A DNA stretch of 64,000 nt, taken from the NCBI GenBank assembly GCA_041690595.1, contig JAWLHB010000042.1:1-64000 (forward strand), given 5' to 3'. The notes beneath the pieces are model-generated. The model was given only the letters and a program-made list of their open reading frames with translations. It did not search any database and had not been told where the DNA came from. This stretch comes from Lentisphaeria bacterium. GTDB taxonomy: Bacteria; Verrucomicrobiota; Lentisphaeria; JABSQK01; JAWLHB01. The translations under genes and the position numbers were made by a program. This document shows, in pieces, positions 30,189-40,562 of the stretch; the first letter of the stretch is position 1; every line of letters begins with the position of its first letter.

Positions 30189-30539
30189 TTACTGGATCCT
30201 GCCGCCGAACTGGGCGATAAGGACGCCGAGGAAGACGACCAGCATGCCGATCAGCTCGTGGCGCCGGGGCGGCTCGTGCAGGTAGAGCCACGCAAAGCCG
30301 ATGAAGACCGCAATGGTGATGGCCTCCTGCAGGATCTTCAACTGGGAGACCGTATAGGTTCCATGGCCGAGGCGGTTTGCCGGTACCTGAAAGCAGTACT
30401 CGAAAAAGGCAATGCCCCAGCTCAGCAGTACCGCCTGCCAGATGATCATCTCCTTGTGGCGAAGATGGCCGTACCAGGCGGCCGTCATGAAAAGATTCGA
30501 AACAACCAGCAGCAGGATCGGCACCAGGTAACTGATCAT
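30189..30539 (-). CDS. DMT family small membrane protein (DUF486)
   Basis: SNLFMTAAWYGHL, SWGIAFFEYCFQVPANRLG, QLKILQE. Confidence 0.9.
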   Translation of the reverse strand: MISYLVPILLLVVSNLFMTAAWYGHLRHKEMIIWQAVLLSWGIAFFEYCFQVPANRLGHGTYTVSQLKILQEAITIAVFIGFAWLYLHEPPRRHELIGMLVVFLGVLIAQFGGRIQ

Positions 30540-30705
30540 TGCAGTACTCTCCCGTAGAGATCGCAACTATACTGCCGCCGTCTCAGGAAGCGAATGCCAG
30601 CGACCGCCGGCTCGGCAGGTTGTCGAGCACCTTCTCGTCTGGGGCCGTCGTGCCCGGCGACTTATCGCGCCGCTCGCATTGATTTTTGCCGGTGAATTCA
30701 GGATG

Positions 30706-30837
30706 GATGCTCTTTTATTCTACAGCAGATGTCGTATCTTAGCTCATGGAGGCGGCTCACACCAGTGTTGCCTCCTGCCTTGAACTAGACTTGGATGTGT
30801 GAATTGTCACGCTGTAGGAAAACTGTTGCGGAGTCAT
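30706..30837 (+). ncRNA. Candidate rod-shaped structured RNA (possible 6S RNA)
   Basis: Nested complementary segments 30718-26/30811-19, 30737-46/30781-89, 30748-56/30767-75; upstream of rarA-ygfA-rny. Confidence 0.3.
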
Positions 30838-31228
30838 AGGTAACCGGTGAAGAGATTGGCCGCCATCTGGATTTGTCTGCTCAATGTGTTGACATACCCG
30901 CCGTGCCTCGTGGCGCGTCGGTCGCCGAGGCAGACGGTCTGCTCCACCCCGCCTTCCGGAGAATCGAGCATGCTGCGTCCGCGCTGGTTCCGCCAGTCGC
31001 CGGTAGGTGCAGGTGTTGTCGAACTCCCTGCGAGCATGAGGCGCGCAGATCAATGGCTGGGCGGAGGGGCTTTTCTCCGAAATCGACCCATAGGATTACG
31101 AGAAGCCGAGTATACTAGCAAAATCATGCCAGTTATTCAACGACCCTCGTGAGCTGTACCGGCTGGGCCTGAGCGCGTGTGTGGCAATTTACGGCATCCA
31201 TCAATGATTGTTGAATGGATTGCTCGTG

Positions 31229-32620
31229 ATGCTCTTTGAAGATTCCTCCATACAGGCTGCTGACGTGCCCCCGGAAGACCAACCGCTGGCGGCGCGGATG
31301 CGCCCAGCTTCCTTTGCCGAATACGCGGGCCAGCAGCATATCATCGGGCCCGGAAAGATGCTGCGCCGCGCGATCGAGGCGGATACCTTCACCTCCGTGA
31401 TCCTTCACGGGCCGCCGGGCGTCGGCAAGACGACGCTGGCGGAACTGATCTCCACGCTCACCGCGTCCCATTTCGAGCGCCTTTCGGCGGTCACCGCGCG
31501 AGTGGCGGATGTGCGCGAAGCGATCAGCCACGCCGTGCGCCGCCGTCGTCATCCAGGAAAGCGCACGATCCTCTTCATCGACGAGATCCATCGATTCAGT
31601 CGCTCGCAGCAGGATGTCCTTCTGCCCGATGTGGAGAAAGGCGTCATTCGTCTCATCGGCGCGACTACCGAGAATCCATTCTTCCAGATAGTCGGTCCGC
31701 TCATATCCCGAAGCCAGGTTTTTCGGCTGGAGCCGCTTTCAGCCGATGAGCTGCGCGCGGTGGCGGAGCGCGCTATCAGCGATCCACGCGGCTTCCCGGA
31801 TCTCACCATCACCCTGCGGGATGACGCCATGGATTTTCTGGTACAAGTTTGCGAAGGGGATGCCCGGCGACTGCTGACCGCCCTCGAACTGGCCGTCAAC
31901 AGCTCACGACGGACGGGGGCCGACAGCGTCACCATCGACTTGGAAACCGCGGCGGAGTCAATTCAGCAGAAGGCGCTCAACTATGGCGATGATGGCCATT
32001 ATGACACCGCCAGCGCGCTGATCAAGAGCATGCGCGGCAGTGATCCCGACGCAGCGGTCTACTGGCTGGCCAAGATGCTGGAAGCCGGCGAAGATATCCT
32101 CTTTATCGCCCGGCGAATCGTCATTTTTGCGGCTGAAGATGTGGGCAATGCGGATCCGCGGGCTCTTTCCCTGGCAACAAGCGCCATGCAGGCGATCCAC
32201 ATGATCGGCCTTCCGGAGTCCCGGATTATCCTCAGCCAGGCAGTGACCTATTGCGCAACCTGCCCGAAGAGCAATGCGGCGATCAAGGCCATCGACAAGG
32301 CAATCGGCGACATCCGAAAGAACCGGGTTCAGCCAGTGCCGATGCATCTAAGGGATGCGCACTCGTCGGCGGGCCGACAGACGGGCAGCGGAGAAGGCTA
32401 TAAGTATCCGCACGATTTTGCGCACGGCGTCGTCGATCAGGATTACCTGACCGTGCCGGCCATCTATTATGAACCGGCCAACATCGGGTATGAAGCCCGA
32501 TTGGGCGAACGACTTGAACAGTGGCGCGCGTGGCGCCGTCAACAACAAGGGATGCAGGATGCAGGGGGCAAAGAAACAGCTTCGCCTGGACATGAAGCAG
32601 CGCCTGGCCTCGCTGACTGA
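31229..32620 (+). CDS. rarA: Replication-associated recombination protein A
   Basis: [49 protein letters not shown]. Confidence 0.95.
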   Translation: MLFEDSSIQAADVPPEDQPLAARMRPASFAEYAGQQHIIGPGKMLRRAIEADTFTSVILHGPPGVGKTTLAELISTLTASHFERLSAVTARVADVREAISHAVRRRRHPGKRTILFIDEIHRFSRSQQDVLLPDVEKGVIRLIGATTENPFFQIVGPLISRSQVFRLEPLSADELRAVAERAISDPRGFPDLTITLRDDAMDFLVQVCEGDARRLLTALELAVNSSRRTGADSVTIDLETAAESIQQKALNYGDDGHYDTASALIKSMRGSDPDAAVYWLAKMLEAGEDILFIARRIVIFAAEDVGNADPRALSLATSAMQAIHMIGLPESRIILSQAVTYCATCPKSNAAIKAIDKAIGDIRKNRVQPVPMHLRDAHSSAGRQTGSGEGYKYPHDFAHGVVDQDYLTVPAIYYEPANIGYEARLGERLEQWRAWRRQQQGMQDAGGKETASPGHEAAPGLAD

Positions 32621-33143
32621 GGCGGCTATCGCTTTGGCCAGTGAGCGCGTCTGTCGCCAGTTGCTCGGCTGCGAGCCGGTGACGGAGGCCGCCTATCTTT
32701 CCGCTTATGCGGCGTCCGGCACGGAGATTGATCTTGCCGCGCTCGTGCGGGCCTGCGTTCAACGCGGGCAGACCGTTTGCTTTCCCCGCTTCAACGGCGC
32801 CACGCGACTTTACGAGATGGTGCCGTGCGATCCGGCCGACCTGGTGAGTGGCCACTGGGGGCTGATGGAGCCGCGAGCCGAACTCCCCGCATTGGCGGAA
32901 GCCCTTCGCCGTGAGGCCCTGGTATGGCTGGTGCCCGGAATCGCCTTCGATGCGGAAGGCGGTCGGCTGGGGCATGGTGGCGGCTACTACGATCGCATGA
33001 TGAGTGGCGCCGATGGATTGCGGATCGGTGTCTGCCATCAGTGCCAGTTGATCGAGAAGGTGCCGACTGGCGAAAACGATTTGAAGATTGACAGGATCGT
33101 GACGGATCAGCGGATGCTGATCTGCCGCGAGACGACGACGTAA
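32559..33143 (+). CDS. ygfA: 5-formyltetrahydrofolate cyclo-ligase
   Basis: KKQLR start, VPGIAFD..GGRLGHGGGYYDR, DRIVT. Confidence 0.92.
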   Translation: MQGAKKQLRLDMKQRLASLTEAAIALASERVCRQLLGCEPVTEAAYLSAYAASGTEIDLAALVRACVQRGQTVCFPRFNGATRLYEMVPCDPADLVSGHWGLMEPRAELPALAEALRREALVWLVPGIAFDAEGGRLGHGGGYYDRMMSGADGLRIGVCHQCQLIEKVPTGENDLKIDRIVTDQRMLICRETTT

Positions 33144-33208
33144 TAACGAAGGCGGCACCGGGTTGGGCCGTGCCGCACCTAACATAGCACACGAAGGGAC
33201 ATGAAAAA

Positions 33209-34759
33209 ATGGATATCATAATGCCAGTACTGGCAGGGGTGATCGGGATCGTCGCGGGTTTCCTGATCGATAGATGGTTGGTTGCCAAGGAACAGAAAAC
33301 CACCGGCCAATCCACGGAGGGCATTCTCAAGAGTGCCCGCGAAGAGGCAGAGACCATCCGCAAGGAGGCAAAGCTCGCGGCCAAGGAGGAGCTCGTTCAT
33401 CTGCGTGAAGAATTCGACAAGTCGACCACCGAACGGCGGCGGGAACTTCAGCATCGCGAGAAGCAGATCGACGACAAGGAACACAACCTCGAGCGCAAGA
33501 TGGATCTGATCCAGACTCGTCTGGATGATGTGGCCAAGCGTGACGAGCGGCTGACGGAAATGGAACGACGTCTGCGAGCCCGCGATACGGAACTTGACGA
33601 GCTGATCCGCAAGGAAGTCATGCAACTGGAGGCCATCGCCTCCCTGACGCGGGATCAGGCCCGGGTCCAGCTGATGCAGCGTCTGGAGGAGGAACTGGCC
33701 AACGAACGCGGTACGCTGGTTCGCCGTCACGTGGAAGAGCTGAAACAGAAGTGCGACCGCGAGGCGCAGCGCATCCTGGTACAGGCGATGCAGCGCTACG
33801 CCGGTGAGTGCGCGTATGACCGTACGACCACGACGGTGCCACTGCCTTCGGACGAGATGAAGGGCCGGATCATCGGTCGCGAAGGGCGCAACATCCGCGT
33901 CTTCGAGGCCATTACCGGGGTCAACGTGCTGATCGACGACACGCCGTCGGCGGTGGTGATATCCTGCTTCGAGCCGGTGCGGCGGGAAGTGGCGCGGCTG
34001 TCGCTGGAACGCCTGGTGGCCGACGGGCGCATCCACCCAACCCGGGTGGAAGAGATTGTCGCCAAGGCGCAGCAGGATATCGAGTCAGAGACCATCAAGG
34101 CGGGCGAAGAGGCCTGCCATGTGCTGCAGATTGGCTCGGTAGCCCCGGAGATCGTCAAGGTCCTCGGACGTCTGCGTTACCGGTACAGCTTCTCGCAGAA
34201 TGTCCTGCAGCACTCCATGGAAGTTGCCAGTTTCATGAGCATGATCGCCGCTCAGCTCAAGCTCGACATCGGAACCGCGAAGCGGATGGGCCTCTTTCAC
34301 GACATCGGCAAGGCGCTCGATCACGATCTGGAAGGAACGCATGCGTTGATCGGGATGGAGTTCCTCAAGCGCTTCGGCGAACGGGACGAAGTGATCAACG
34401 GCGTTGGATGCCACCATGACGAAGTGCCGGCGCTCACGCCGCTTGCGGCCCTGGTCTCCGTCTGCGATGCGTTGAGTGCCAGTCGCCCCGGTGCGCGCTC
34501 GGAGACGACCGAGATCTATATCAAGCGCCTGGAGCAGTTGGAGGCCATTGCCGCGAGCTTCCCGGGCGTCGAGAACTGCTACGCGGTGCAGGCCGGACGG
34601 GAGGTGCGGGTGATTGTCGAGCCCGACGAAATCAACGAGAACGCGGCGTTTCGACTCTCGCGTGATATTGCCAACCGTATCGAGGGCGAGATGCAGTATC
34701 CCGGGCAGATCAAGGTCTGCGTGATCCGGGAGACCCGTTCCGTCGAGTACGCCAAATAG
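33209..34759 (+). CDS. rny: Ribonuclease Y
   Basis: N-terminal TM and coiled coil; KH domain KGRIIGREGRNIR; HD domain HDIGKA; QYPGQIKV. Confidence 0.97.
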   Translation: MDIIMPVLAGVIGIVAGFLIDRWLVAKEQKTTGQSTEGILKSAREEAETIRKEAKLAAKEELVHLREEFDKSTTERRRELQHREKQIDDKEHNLERKMDLIQTRLDDVAKRDERLTEMERRLRARDTELDELIRKEVMQLEAIASLTRDQARVQLMQRLEEELANERGTLVRRHVEELKQKCDREAQRILVQAMQRYAGECAYDRTTTTVPLPSDEMKGRIIGREGRNIRVFEAITGVNVLIDDTPSAVVISCFEPVRREVARLSLERLVADGRIHPTRVEEIVAKAQQDIESETIKAGEEACHVLQIGSVAPEIVKVLGRLRYRYSFSQNVLQHSMEVASFMSMIAAQLKLDIGTAKRMGLFHDIGKALDHDLEGTHALIGMEFLKRFGERDEVINGVGCHHDEVPALTPLAALVSVCDALSASRPGARSETTEIYIKRLEQLEAIAASFPGVENCYAVQAGREVRVIVEPDEINENAAFRLSRDIANRIEGEMQYPGQIKVCVIRETRSVEYAK

Positions 34760-34769
34760 GTTGGTGCGC

Positions 34770-35177
34770 ATGATGATCCGAAAGCTCTTCGCCGATCCGC
34801 ATCGGCGTGCGTTGCTCATTGCCTGCAGCGCCACGATCGTGATGCTGGCATTGCTGGCGATGCCAATTTCCACCGGTGGAATAGGCAAGCAGCTGCCCTG
34901 GGCGGACAAGCTTGTGCATGCGGTCATGTTTGGCACGCTGGCGCTGGCGTGGTGGCGGGTCTACCAGCCGCGTCCCTGGGCTCCGTGGATGGCTTTCGGC
35001 ATCGTGATTGCCTTGAGCATCCTGAGCGAACTCATGCAGACCCTGCTGCCGAAGCGTTCCGCCGAGTGGAGTGACCTGCTTGCGGATGCCATCGGAGCCC
35101 TGATCATGCTGGGTGTGCTGATTCTGCACGGACGGTGCAGACGCGGAAAAGCACCGGAGGAGGGCAACGGCATTTAG
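34770..35177 (+). CDS. VanZ family membrane protein
   Basis: DKLVHAVMFG, ELMQ...R..EWSDLLADAIG. Confidence 0.85.
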   Translation: MMIRKLFADPHRRALLIACSATIVMLALLAMPISTGGIGKQLPWADKLVHAVMFGTLALAWWRVYQPRPWAPWMAFGIVIALSILSELMQTLLPKRSAEWSDLLADAIGALIMLGVLILHGRCRRGKAPEEGNGI

Positions 35178-35271
35178 CCCAAGGGACTTGCAAATGCGGG
35201 CTTGAGTCGTACTGTTCTGTTCCCCCGTGTCAGCAATTCTTCCCGACATTCTTATTGCCTCCACACTTCCT

Positions 35272-36642
35272 ATGTCTGCACGCATTCTGGTAAATGACGA
35301 CGAAACGGCCATCGTACAAGCTCTCAAGACCCTGCTTGCGCGAGAGGGCTACCAGGTAGAGACAACTGGCAGGTGCGAAGACGCCCTGGCTGCCATTGCT
35401 GACCATCACATCGATGTCCTTATCAGCGATATCGTGATGGAACCCATGGATGGTTTGGAGCTGCTGCGGCAGGTCCGCATCCTGCAGCCACATCTCAAAG
35501 TGATCATGATCACTGGCGCCGGCAGCGTGGACAGCGCGGTCACGGCCATGGTACATGGAGCCTTCGACTATATCTGCAAGCCCTTTCGCATTGCCGATCT
35601 GGTGGCCACCGTGCAGCGTGCGTTGAGTTCCGGAGCGGCTGTGGATGTCAAGGCTGGAGGCGCGGTGGAAGTGCGCGTTCATCCCGGAGATCTCGTTGGC
35701 GAATCTCCTGCCATGCACTCGCTGTATCGGCTGATCGAACCACTGGCAGCCACCGACGAGACCGTCCTGGTTCTGAGTGATGAAGGCTGCGAACGGGAGG
35801 CTGTCGCGCGTGCTCTGCACCATGGCAGCCATCGAGCGGATCAACCCTTTGCGGCTATCTCCTGCAGCCAGTACGATGCCGCCGAGTTGAAAAAGATCCT
35901 TCTCGGTAGTGAAGGCAAGCAGGACAAGCTGACCGAACAGAGCTTCTTCTTCCGCTGCGGCGGCGGCACCGCATTCCTGGATGACATTCATGTGCTGCCG
36001 ACCGCTCTTCAGGACAAGCTGATTCCACACTTGCGCAAGCTCACCCCTTTTCTTCCGCCGGGCAGCCCGCGTAAAGAGGAGCTGGATGTGCGCCTGCTGC
36101 TGGGAAGTCGCGAGTTGCTCACCGACAGCGTGCACGCAGGTCGCATTCAGCCAGAGCTCTGCAAGCTTGTCAATCCCCTGACCATTACCCTGCCGCCGCT
36201 GACTCAGCGCCTCGCCGACCTGCCGGTTCTCGTGCGTCACTACCTCAATTTCTACGAATCGCGGCACGGAGCGCGGCTGACCATCAGCGGATCGGCACTT
36301 CAGGCACTCGAGCAGCATTTCTGGCCCGAGAACACGCGCGAGCTGGCGGCTGTCGTGCTTCGCGCGGCGGCGCGCTGCGATGGTGGGACTGTGAAGGTAA
36401 AGGATCTGCCGGATCACCTTCAGCCCATGACCGATGGCGATGCCGAGGAGGGTGTCGCTCCCTCCGCGGAGAGTCATCTGCGATGGCGTTTTCTGCACGA
36501 TTTTCTCGCTGGTCATGAGTCGCAGTGGACGGAGTCCTTTCTGCGACGCCTGAAAGGGGATCATCAACGAGCCGCTGAGATGCTGGGCATTTCCATCGAG
36601 GAGTGGAAGCGAAAACTGCTCAATGTGGGGCGTCGGATATGA
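35272..36642 (+). CDS. NtrC-like response regulator with degenerate AAA+ domain
   Basis: Receiver DDE, SDIVM, KPF; LVGESPAM; WPENTREL; C-terminal AAEMLGIS HTH; Walker A and GAFTGA missing. Confidence 0.85.
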   Translation: MSARILVNDDETAIVQALKTLLAREGYQVETTGRCEDALAAIADHHIDVLISDIVMEPMDGLELLRQVRILQPHLKVIMITGAGSVDSAVTAMVHGAFDYICKPFRIADLVATVQRALSSGAAVDVKAGGAVEVRVHPGDLVGESPAMHSLYRLIEPLAATDETVLVLSDEGCEREAVARALHHGSHRADQPFAAISCSQYDAAELKKILLGSEGKQDKLTEQSFFFRCGGGTAFLDDIHVLPTALQDKLIPHLRKLTPFLPPGSPRKEELDVRLLLGSRELLTDSVHAGRIQPELCKLVNPLTITLPPLTQRLADLPVLVRHYLNFYESRHGARLTISGSALQALEQHFWPENTRELAAVVLRAAARCDGGTVKVKDLPDHLQPMTDGDAEEGVAPSAESHLRWRFLHDFLAGHESQWTESFLRRLKGDHQRAAEMLGISIEEWKRKLLNVGRRI

Positions 36643-37139
36643 GGAACTTCAGGATGCGGATTATCAGTGTGTTCACCGTTCTGCTGTGCCTGACCGCACT
36701 GTGCGGTTGTGGCGCCATGGGTGGCGCCAAGAAGGCGAAGAAGCAGAATCCCATCGGGGGCCGGCTTTCCCTGCACGTTTACCATCCCCAATCGACCAGC
36801 GAAGAGGGCGTAGCCACGGTCTACCACGTGAGCGGCAAACCCGTCAACGTTACTGCCAAGCCTCTCCTGAGCTCTGAGGACGTTCTGGCAATCAAGACGC
36901 TTCCCGTGGATGGGGGCGTGGGGCTGGAGTTATATCTGACGGCGCACGGGCGCAATGTTTGGGCGCAGGCAAGCAGTCAGCACGCCGACCGCAGCCTCGT
37001 ACTCCTGGTGGATGGTGAATTTCGCACCCTCGTGCGCGTTCCCAAGTCTTCCGATTCCGGTGCTTTCCTGCTGCGCGGACCCTTTTATCCTGACGAAGCG
37101 CAGCGCATCGCGGACTTCGTCAACAAACGCGAGAAGTAA
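36639..37139 (+). CDS. Putative lipoprotein, SecDF P1-head-like domain
   Basis: Lipobox-like ALCGC; LTAHG, LVLLVDG, EAQRIA. Confidence 0.6.
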   Translation: MRNFRMRIISVFTVLLCLTALCGCGAMGGAKKAKKQNPIGGRLSLHVYHPQSTSEEGVATVYHVSGKPVNVTAKPLLSSEDVLAIKTLPVDGGVGLELYLTAHGRNVWAQASSQHADRSLVLLVDGEFRTLVRVPKSSDSGAFLLRGPFYPDEAQRIADFVNKREK

Positions 37140-37212
37140 GCTCTCGCAGCACGTCAGCACGGCACACAATCACCCGACATCATACATTCAGAAACCGAAG
37201 CAGACAATTCCT

Positions 37213-39297
37213 ATGGCAGAGCAATCGAAGTCGACTACCGATAAACTAGAAGATGCATTCCTGGCGGTGGCGGAAGAGAGCCCGGGTGCAATGGCGCGCC
37301 TCGGCGAAGTGCTGGACGCCTTGGGTGAAGTTCCGGACAAGAGCGCCGTTGCCGCAATCAACGAGAACCTGCCTGTTTTGGTTGATGACCATGAACGGGT
37401 GGCTACGGACAAGGCGCTGCAGCAGGTGATCCTGCGCATTGCCGGCATGGGGGGCAGGGGCATGCCGTTGCGCGATGCGCTGGCGGTGATCTGCCGGCGA
37501 GTCCACAGCAGCTATCCCGACCCGGCCGGCCTGATTCGGGCTCTCGGCATTCTCGACGCCGATGTGCAGATTCCTGAGGTTTGCCGGCGCTGGGAACGCT
37601 TCGATTGCCTCTGTGAAGGCAACTATGTCTGGCACGACTCCTATGGCCTGGGACGGATTGCTGAGGTGGACGGCTTCAGCGACATGTACGCGATACAGTT
37701 CGCCGGCCGCCAGACCTTCAGCTTGCATGCTTGCCTGACCAGCCTTGGATTCGTGCGCAAGGGATCCATCGCGGAGAAGCTCCTGGCGGAGCCACCGACC
37801 GAGCAACCTCCGCGCGATGCAACATCGCAATTCGTTGACAGTATCCGCAACTCCTTTACACCGGCGCTCAAGGATCCGTGGATTGCCTTGGATGCCATTC
37901 TGGTTCCGCGGCACATCAGCAGCCGGGAGTATGCTGCCTGGCGGCAGAAGACGAAGAGCGCCTCCGGTACCGTCGAGGCGGGCGCGGAGCGCACATGGGA
38001 GCAGTCACGGAGCCTGGACGAACTGCTCGTCTTGCTGCAGGATGCGGAGAATCTCGAGCCCAGTCGCGAAGGAATCGACAACCTGAGCAAGATCTATCGC
38101 TTCTCGGCCACCCGGAGCAATTTCCGTCATGTGCTGGCGGAAACGCTGGCAATGCTCGGAGAGAAGTCGGTCGATGACACTTGGTTGAACGAGATCCTGA
38201 TGGCTCTGCCTGACGAGACCGTGTCGTGGGAACCGCTGGAGACCTTCAGCAAGATCACTAGCAAGTTGAAGGCCAAGCAGCGGGACTCGTGGCTTCGGCT
38301 CGTTGCCAGAGCCAGAGGGAATGATTGGTTTGTAGATGCAACCCTGGCGCTGCCGCACCGCTTCTGGAGCATCTGCGAGGAGATCCTTGGTGTCGATAGC
38401 GAACCGTACGCCCGTCTCGTCGAGCGCGTAAAGGAGCAGGTTCGACGGGGCGAAGCCAGGGCCGACGCTGCTCTCTGGCTGTGGGAGATTCCCGGTGGAA
38501 GGGGGCGCGACGCCTTTGCCAATCCCAATTCCGTCTTCCGCATTCTCAGTCAACCCGTGAGCGGCGACCACATCAAGGCACGCAAGCGCCTGTTCGAGTT
38601 GCTGATGGACGACAACAGCTTCCAGGCGAGCCTGATGCGCGGTGGCTCAGATGAAGGCATCCAGGCCTTTGTCCGCGCCATCAAGACCAGTTCGGTGCTC
38701 CAGAAGGGCGAGCAGCAGAGTCTGCTGGTCAAGATTGTCCGCATCTTCCCGGAAGCGAAGGGTATCGTGGAAGAACGCCAGGAAATCATCGCCAAGCGTC
38801 CGCTTCCCAAGATCACCTCCTTCCGCAACATGAAGCAGCGCTACGAAGAGCTCCAGGAGATCATCAACAAAAAGATTCCTGAAAACAGTGCCGCGATCGC
38901 GCATGCCCGCAGTTACGGCGACCTGCGGGAGAATGCCGAGTTCAAAGCCGCCAAGGATGAACAACGCTTTCTCGCCGCCCGACGCGGGGAGCTGGAGCGT
39001 GACCTCAAGGAGATCACGCCGACCGACTTCAGCGACGTTGTCATTGGCGATGCGGTCATCCCCGGATGCACCGTCGAGCTGGAGGTGGATGGGGCGAGCG
39101 AAATCTATCACATCCTCGGCATCTGGGACAGCATTCCAGAGAAGCACTTCATCTCATACGATACGCCGCTGGGCCGCAAGCTGATTGGCAGAAGCATTGG
39201 CTCGACCATCGAGATCACGGACGATGTCAGTGGCATCATCACGGACATTCGCGCTCTGCCGGAAGAGATCCTCGCGTGGGTCAAGCTGCCCGATTAG
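37213..39297 (+). CDS. greA: GreA/GreB family elongation factor with ~530-aa N-terminal extension
   Basis: C-terminal ARSYGDLRENAEFKAAK and ISYDTPLGRKLIG. Confidence 0.88.
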   Translation: MAEQSKSTTDKLEDAFLAVAEESPGAMARLGEVLDALGEVPDKSAVAAINENLPVLVDDHERVATDKALQQVILRIAGMGGRGMPLRDALAVICRRVHSSYPDPAGLIRALGILDADVQIPEVCRRWERFDCLCEGNYVWHDSYGLGRIAEVDGFSDMYAIQFAGRQTFSLHACLTSLGFVRKGSIAEKLLAEPPTEQPPRDATSQFVDSIRNSFTPALKDPWIALDAILVPRHISSREYAAWRQKTKSASGTVEAGAERTWEQSRSLDELLVLLQDAENLEPSREGIDNLSKIYRFSATRSNFRHVLAETLAMLGEKSVDDTWLNEILMALPDETVSWEPLETFSKITSKLKAKQRDSWLRLVARARGNDWFVDATLALPHRFWSICEEILGVDSEPYARLVERVKEQVRRGEARADAALWLWEIPGGRGRDAFANPNSVFRILSQPVSGDHIKARKRLFELLMDDNSFQASLMRGGSDEGIQAFVRAIKTSSVLQKGEQQSLLVKIVRIFPEAKGIVEERQEIIAKRPLPKITSFRNMKQRYEELQEIINKKIPENSAAIAHARSYGDLRENAEFKAAKDEQRFLAARRGELERDLKEITPTDFSDVVIGDAVIPGCTVELEVDGASEIYHILGIWDSIPEKHFISYDTPLGRKLIGRSIGSTIEITDDVSGIITDIRALPEEILAWVKLPD

Positions 39298-39307
39298 GCG
39301 CCGTTGA

Positions 39308-39973
39308 ATGGACACCATCTGCATCTATGCGAAGCCACCGGTTCCTGGTCGTACCAAGAGCCGGTTGGCTCGCGGCATCGGTGACCGAGCCGCGGCGGAG
39401 CTTGCCGCGGCGATGCTGACGGATCTCTGCAACACTGCCCTGCTGGTGACGCAGGCGCGCGTACAGCTCTGGCATCCCCCGGATGCGACCGCGGAGGATT
39501 TTCGTGGCTGTGTCCCAACGACGATTGCCTTCCACGCGCAGAGCGGGGCGAATCTTGGGGAGCGGATGAGCAACACCTTCCGGCAGGTGCTGGCAGAGGA
39601 GGATGGTCGCGTGCTGCTGGTCGGCAGCGACTGCATGACCTTCACGACGCAGGTTTACGATGCGGCATTTGCCGCGTTGTCATATGTCCCGGTCGTGTTG
39701 CAGCCGGCGAATGACGGCGGCTATGTCCTGGTGGGGCAATCGAGCTGGACCCCCATCATGTTCGAACGGATCCCGTGGGGGACGCGGGATGTGTTGACGC
39801 TCACCTGGCAGCAGCTTCAGAAGGCCAATGTGCGCCATTGTGAACTGCCACCGACCTTTGACGTGGATGAGCCTGAGGACCTTGCCCGTGTGCTGGAAGT
39901 GGAGGATAGTGGGCGCACCCCGTGCATCAGTGACTGGCTGCGCAAGCATCGCGATCTCATCACCACGGCGTGA
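39308..39973 (+). CDS. DUF2064/TIGR04282 family glycosyltransferase-like protein
   Basis: AKPPVPGRTKSRL, QSGANLGERM, GSD, PANDGGYVLVG, DVDEPEDL. Confidence 0.88.
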   Translation: MDTICIYAKPPVPGRTKSRLARGIGDRAAAELAAAMLTDLCNTALLVTQARVQLWHPPDATAEDFRGCVPTTIAFHAQSGANLGERMSNTFRQVLAEEDGRVLLVGSDCMTFTTQVYDAAFAALSYVPVVLQPANDGGYVLVGQSSWTPIMFERIPWGTRDVLTLTWQQLQKANVRHCELPPTFDVDEPEDLARVLEVEDSGRTPCISDWLRKHRDLITTA

Positions 39974-39980
39974 GAGAGAA

Positions 39981-40054
39981 TGGCTACCCCGCCTGGATTC
40001 GAACCAAGACAAACAGGACCAAAACCTGTTGTGCTACCATTACACCACGGGGTA
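39981..40054 (-). tRNA. tRNA-Gln (TTG)
   Basis: Minus strand TACCCCG...ACAGG-TT-TTG-GT-CCTGT...GGTTCGAATCC...CGGGGTAGCCA; 74-nt cloverleaf with encoded CCA. Confidence 0.97.
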
Positions 40055-40155
40055 ATCACCTTGTGTCACGCCTGCCACATGGCAGTGTGAATGGTAAGAT
40101 ACAATGGCGCTCGGAAATCTCAAACGCCGCAGCCAAAATTCCAGGCCGAATTCAT

Positions 40156-40360
40156 GAGAGACATCGATCACCTCAGGTGCCCGATTCGTCCGATCCGTCT
40201 AATCCCGTCCGATCCGTCCGACCTGCGCGGAAAGACTTCCGCCGCGGGGTACTAGCCTGACCGTGAAGCGGCCGTTGCGAGTGTGTCGTAGAGGGAGAGG
40301 GGGATGTGAAGGTTGCCTTTGTCCACGCCGAGTGATATGCCAGGGGAACGGCCGCCATGG
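40156..40360 (-). repeat. Diverged duplicate of the PHP gene 3' end and its downstream flank (match to ~40704-40899)
   Basis: Direct repeat; encodes HGGRSPGISLGVDKGNLHIPLSLYDTLATAASRSG*. Confidence 0.9.
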
Positions 40361-40461
40361 GCATAGCACCCGAGAATGCCCTGAAAGGGCATCGTCCCCC
40401 AGCCCAGGGTTGAACCCTCCAAAGGAGGGAGCTACCTTGGGTTCCTGTCCCCACACGCATC
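40360..40461. repeat. REP-like palindromic element, copy 1
   Basis: Hairpins ATGCCCTGAAAGGGCAT, CCCTCCAAAGGAGGG, CCCAGGGT...ACCTTGGG. Confidence 0.75.
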
Positions 40462-40556
40462 GCCTTTGCCTACGCCGAGTGAGATGCCAGGGGAACGGCC
40501 ACCATGGAAGTCACTGCCGCCACTCACCAGCAAACCGCACTTGCGGGCGGATTCCT
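40462..40556 (-). repeat. Second partial duplicate of the PHP gene 3' region (match to ~40854-40948)
   Basis: Near-identical; encodes ESARKCGLLVSGGSDFHGGRSPGISLGVGKG. Confidence 0.9.
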
Positions 40557-40562
40557 CTCCCT

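Noticed and set aside
30847..31152. 101-aa ORF with a signal-like start
   Set aside because: No recognisable family and weak coding character; cannot be supported.
32559..32620. 62-bp rarA/ygfA overlap as a frameshift or recoding signal
   Set aside because: Explained by a non-conserved RarA tail; both proteins are complete.
39308..39973. Arsenosugar biosynthesis cluster
   Set aside because: The TIGR04282-like gene is alone; no partner glycosyltransferase, radical SAM or arsM nearby.
39981..40160. Integrative element at tRNA-Gln
   Set aside because: No integrase and no duplicated tRNA 3' end seen; the repeats lie on the tRNA 5' side.
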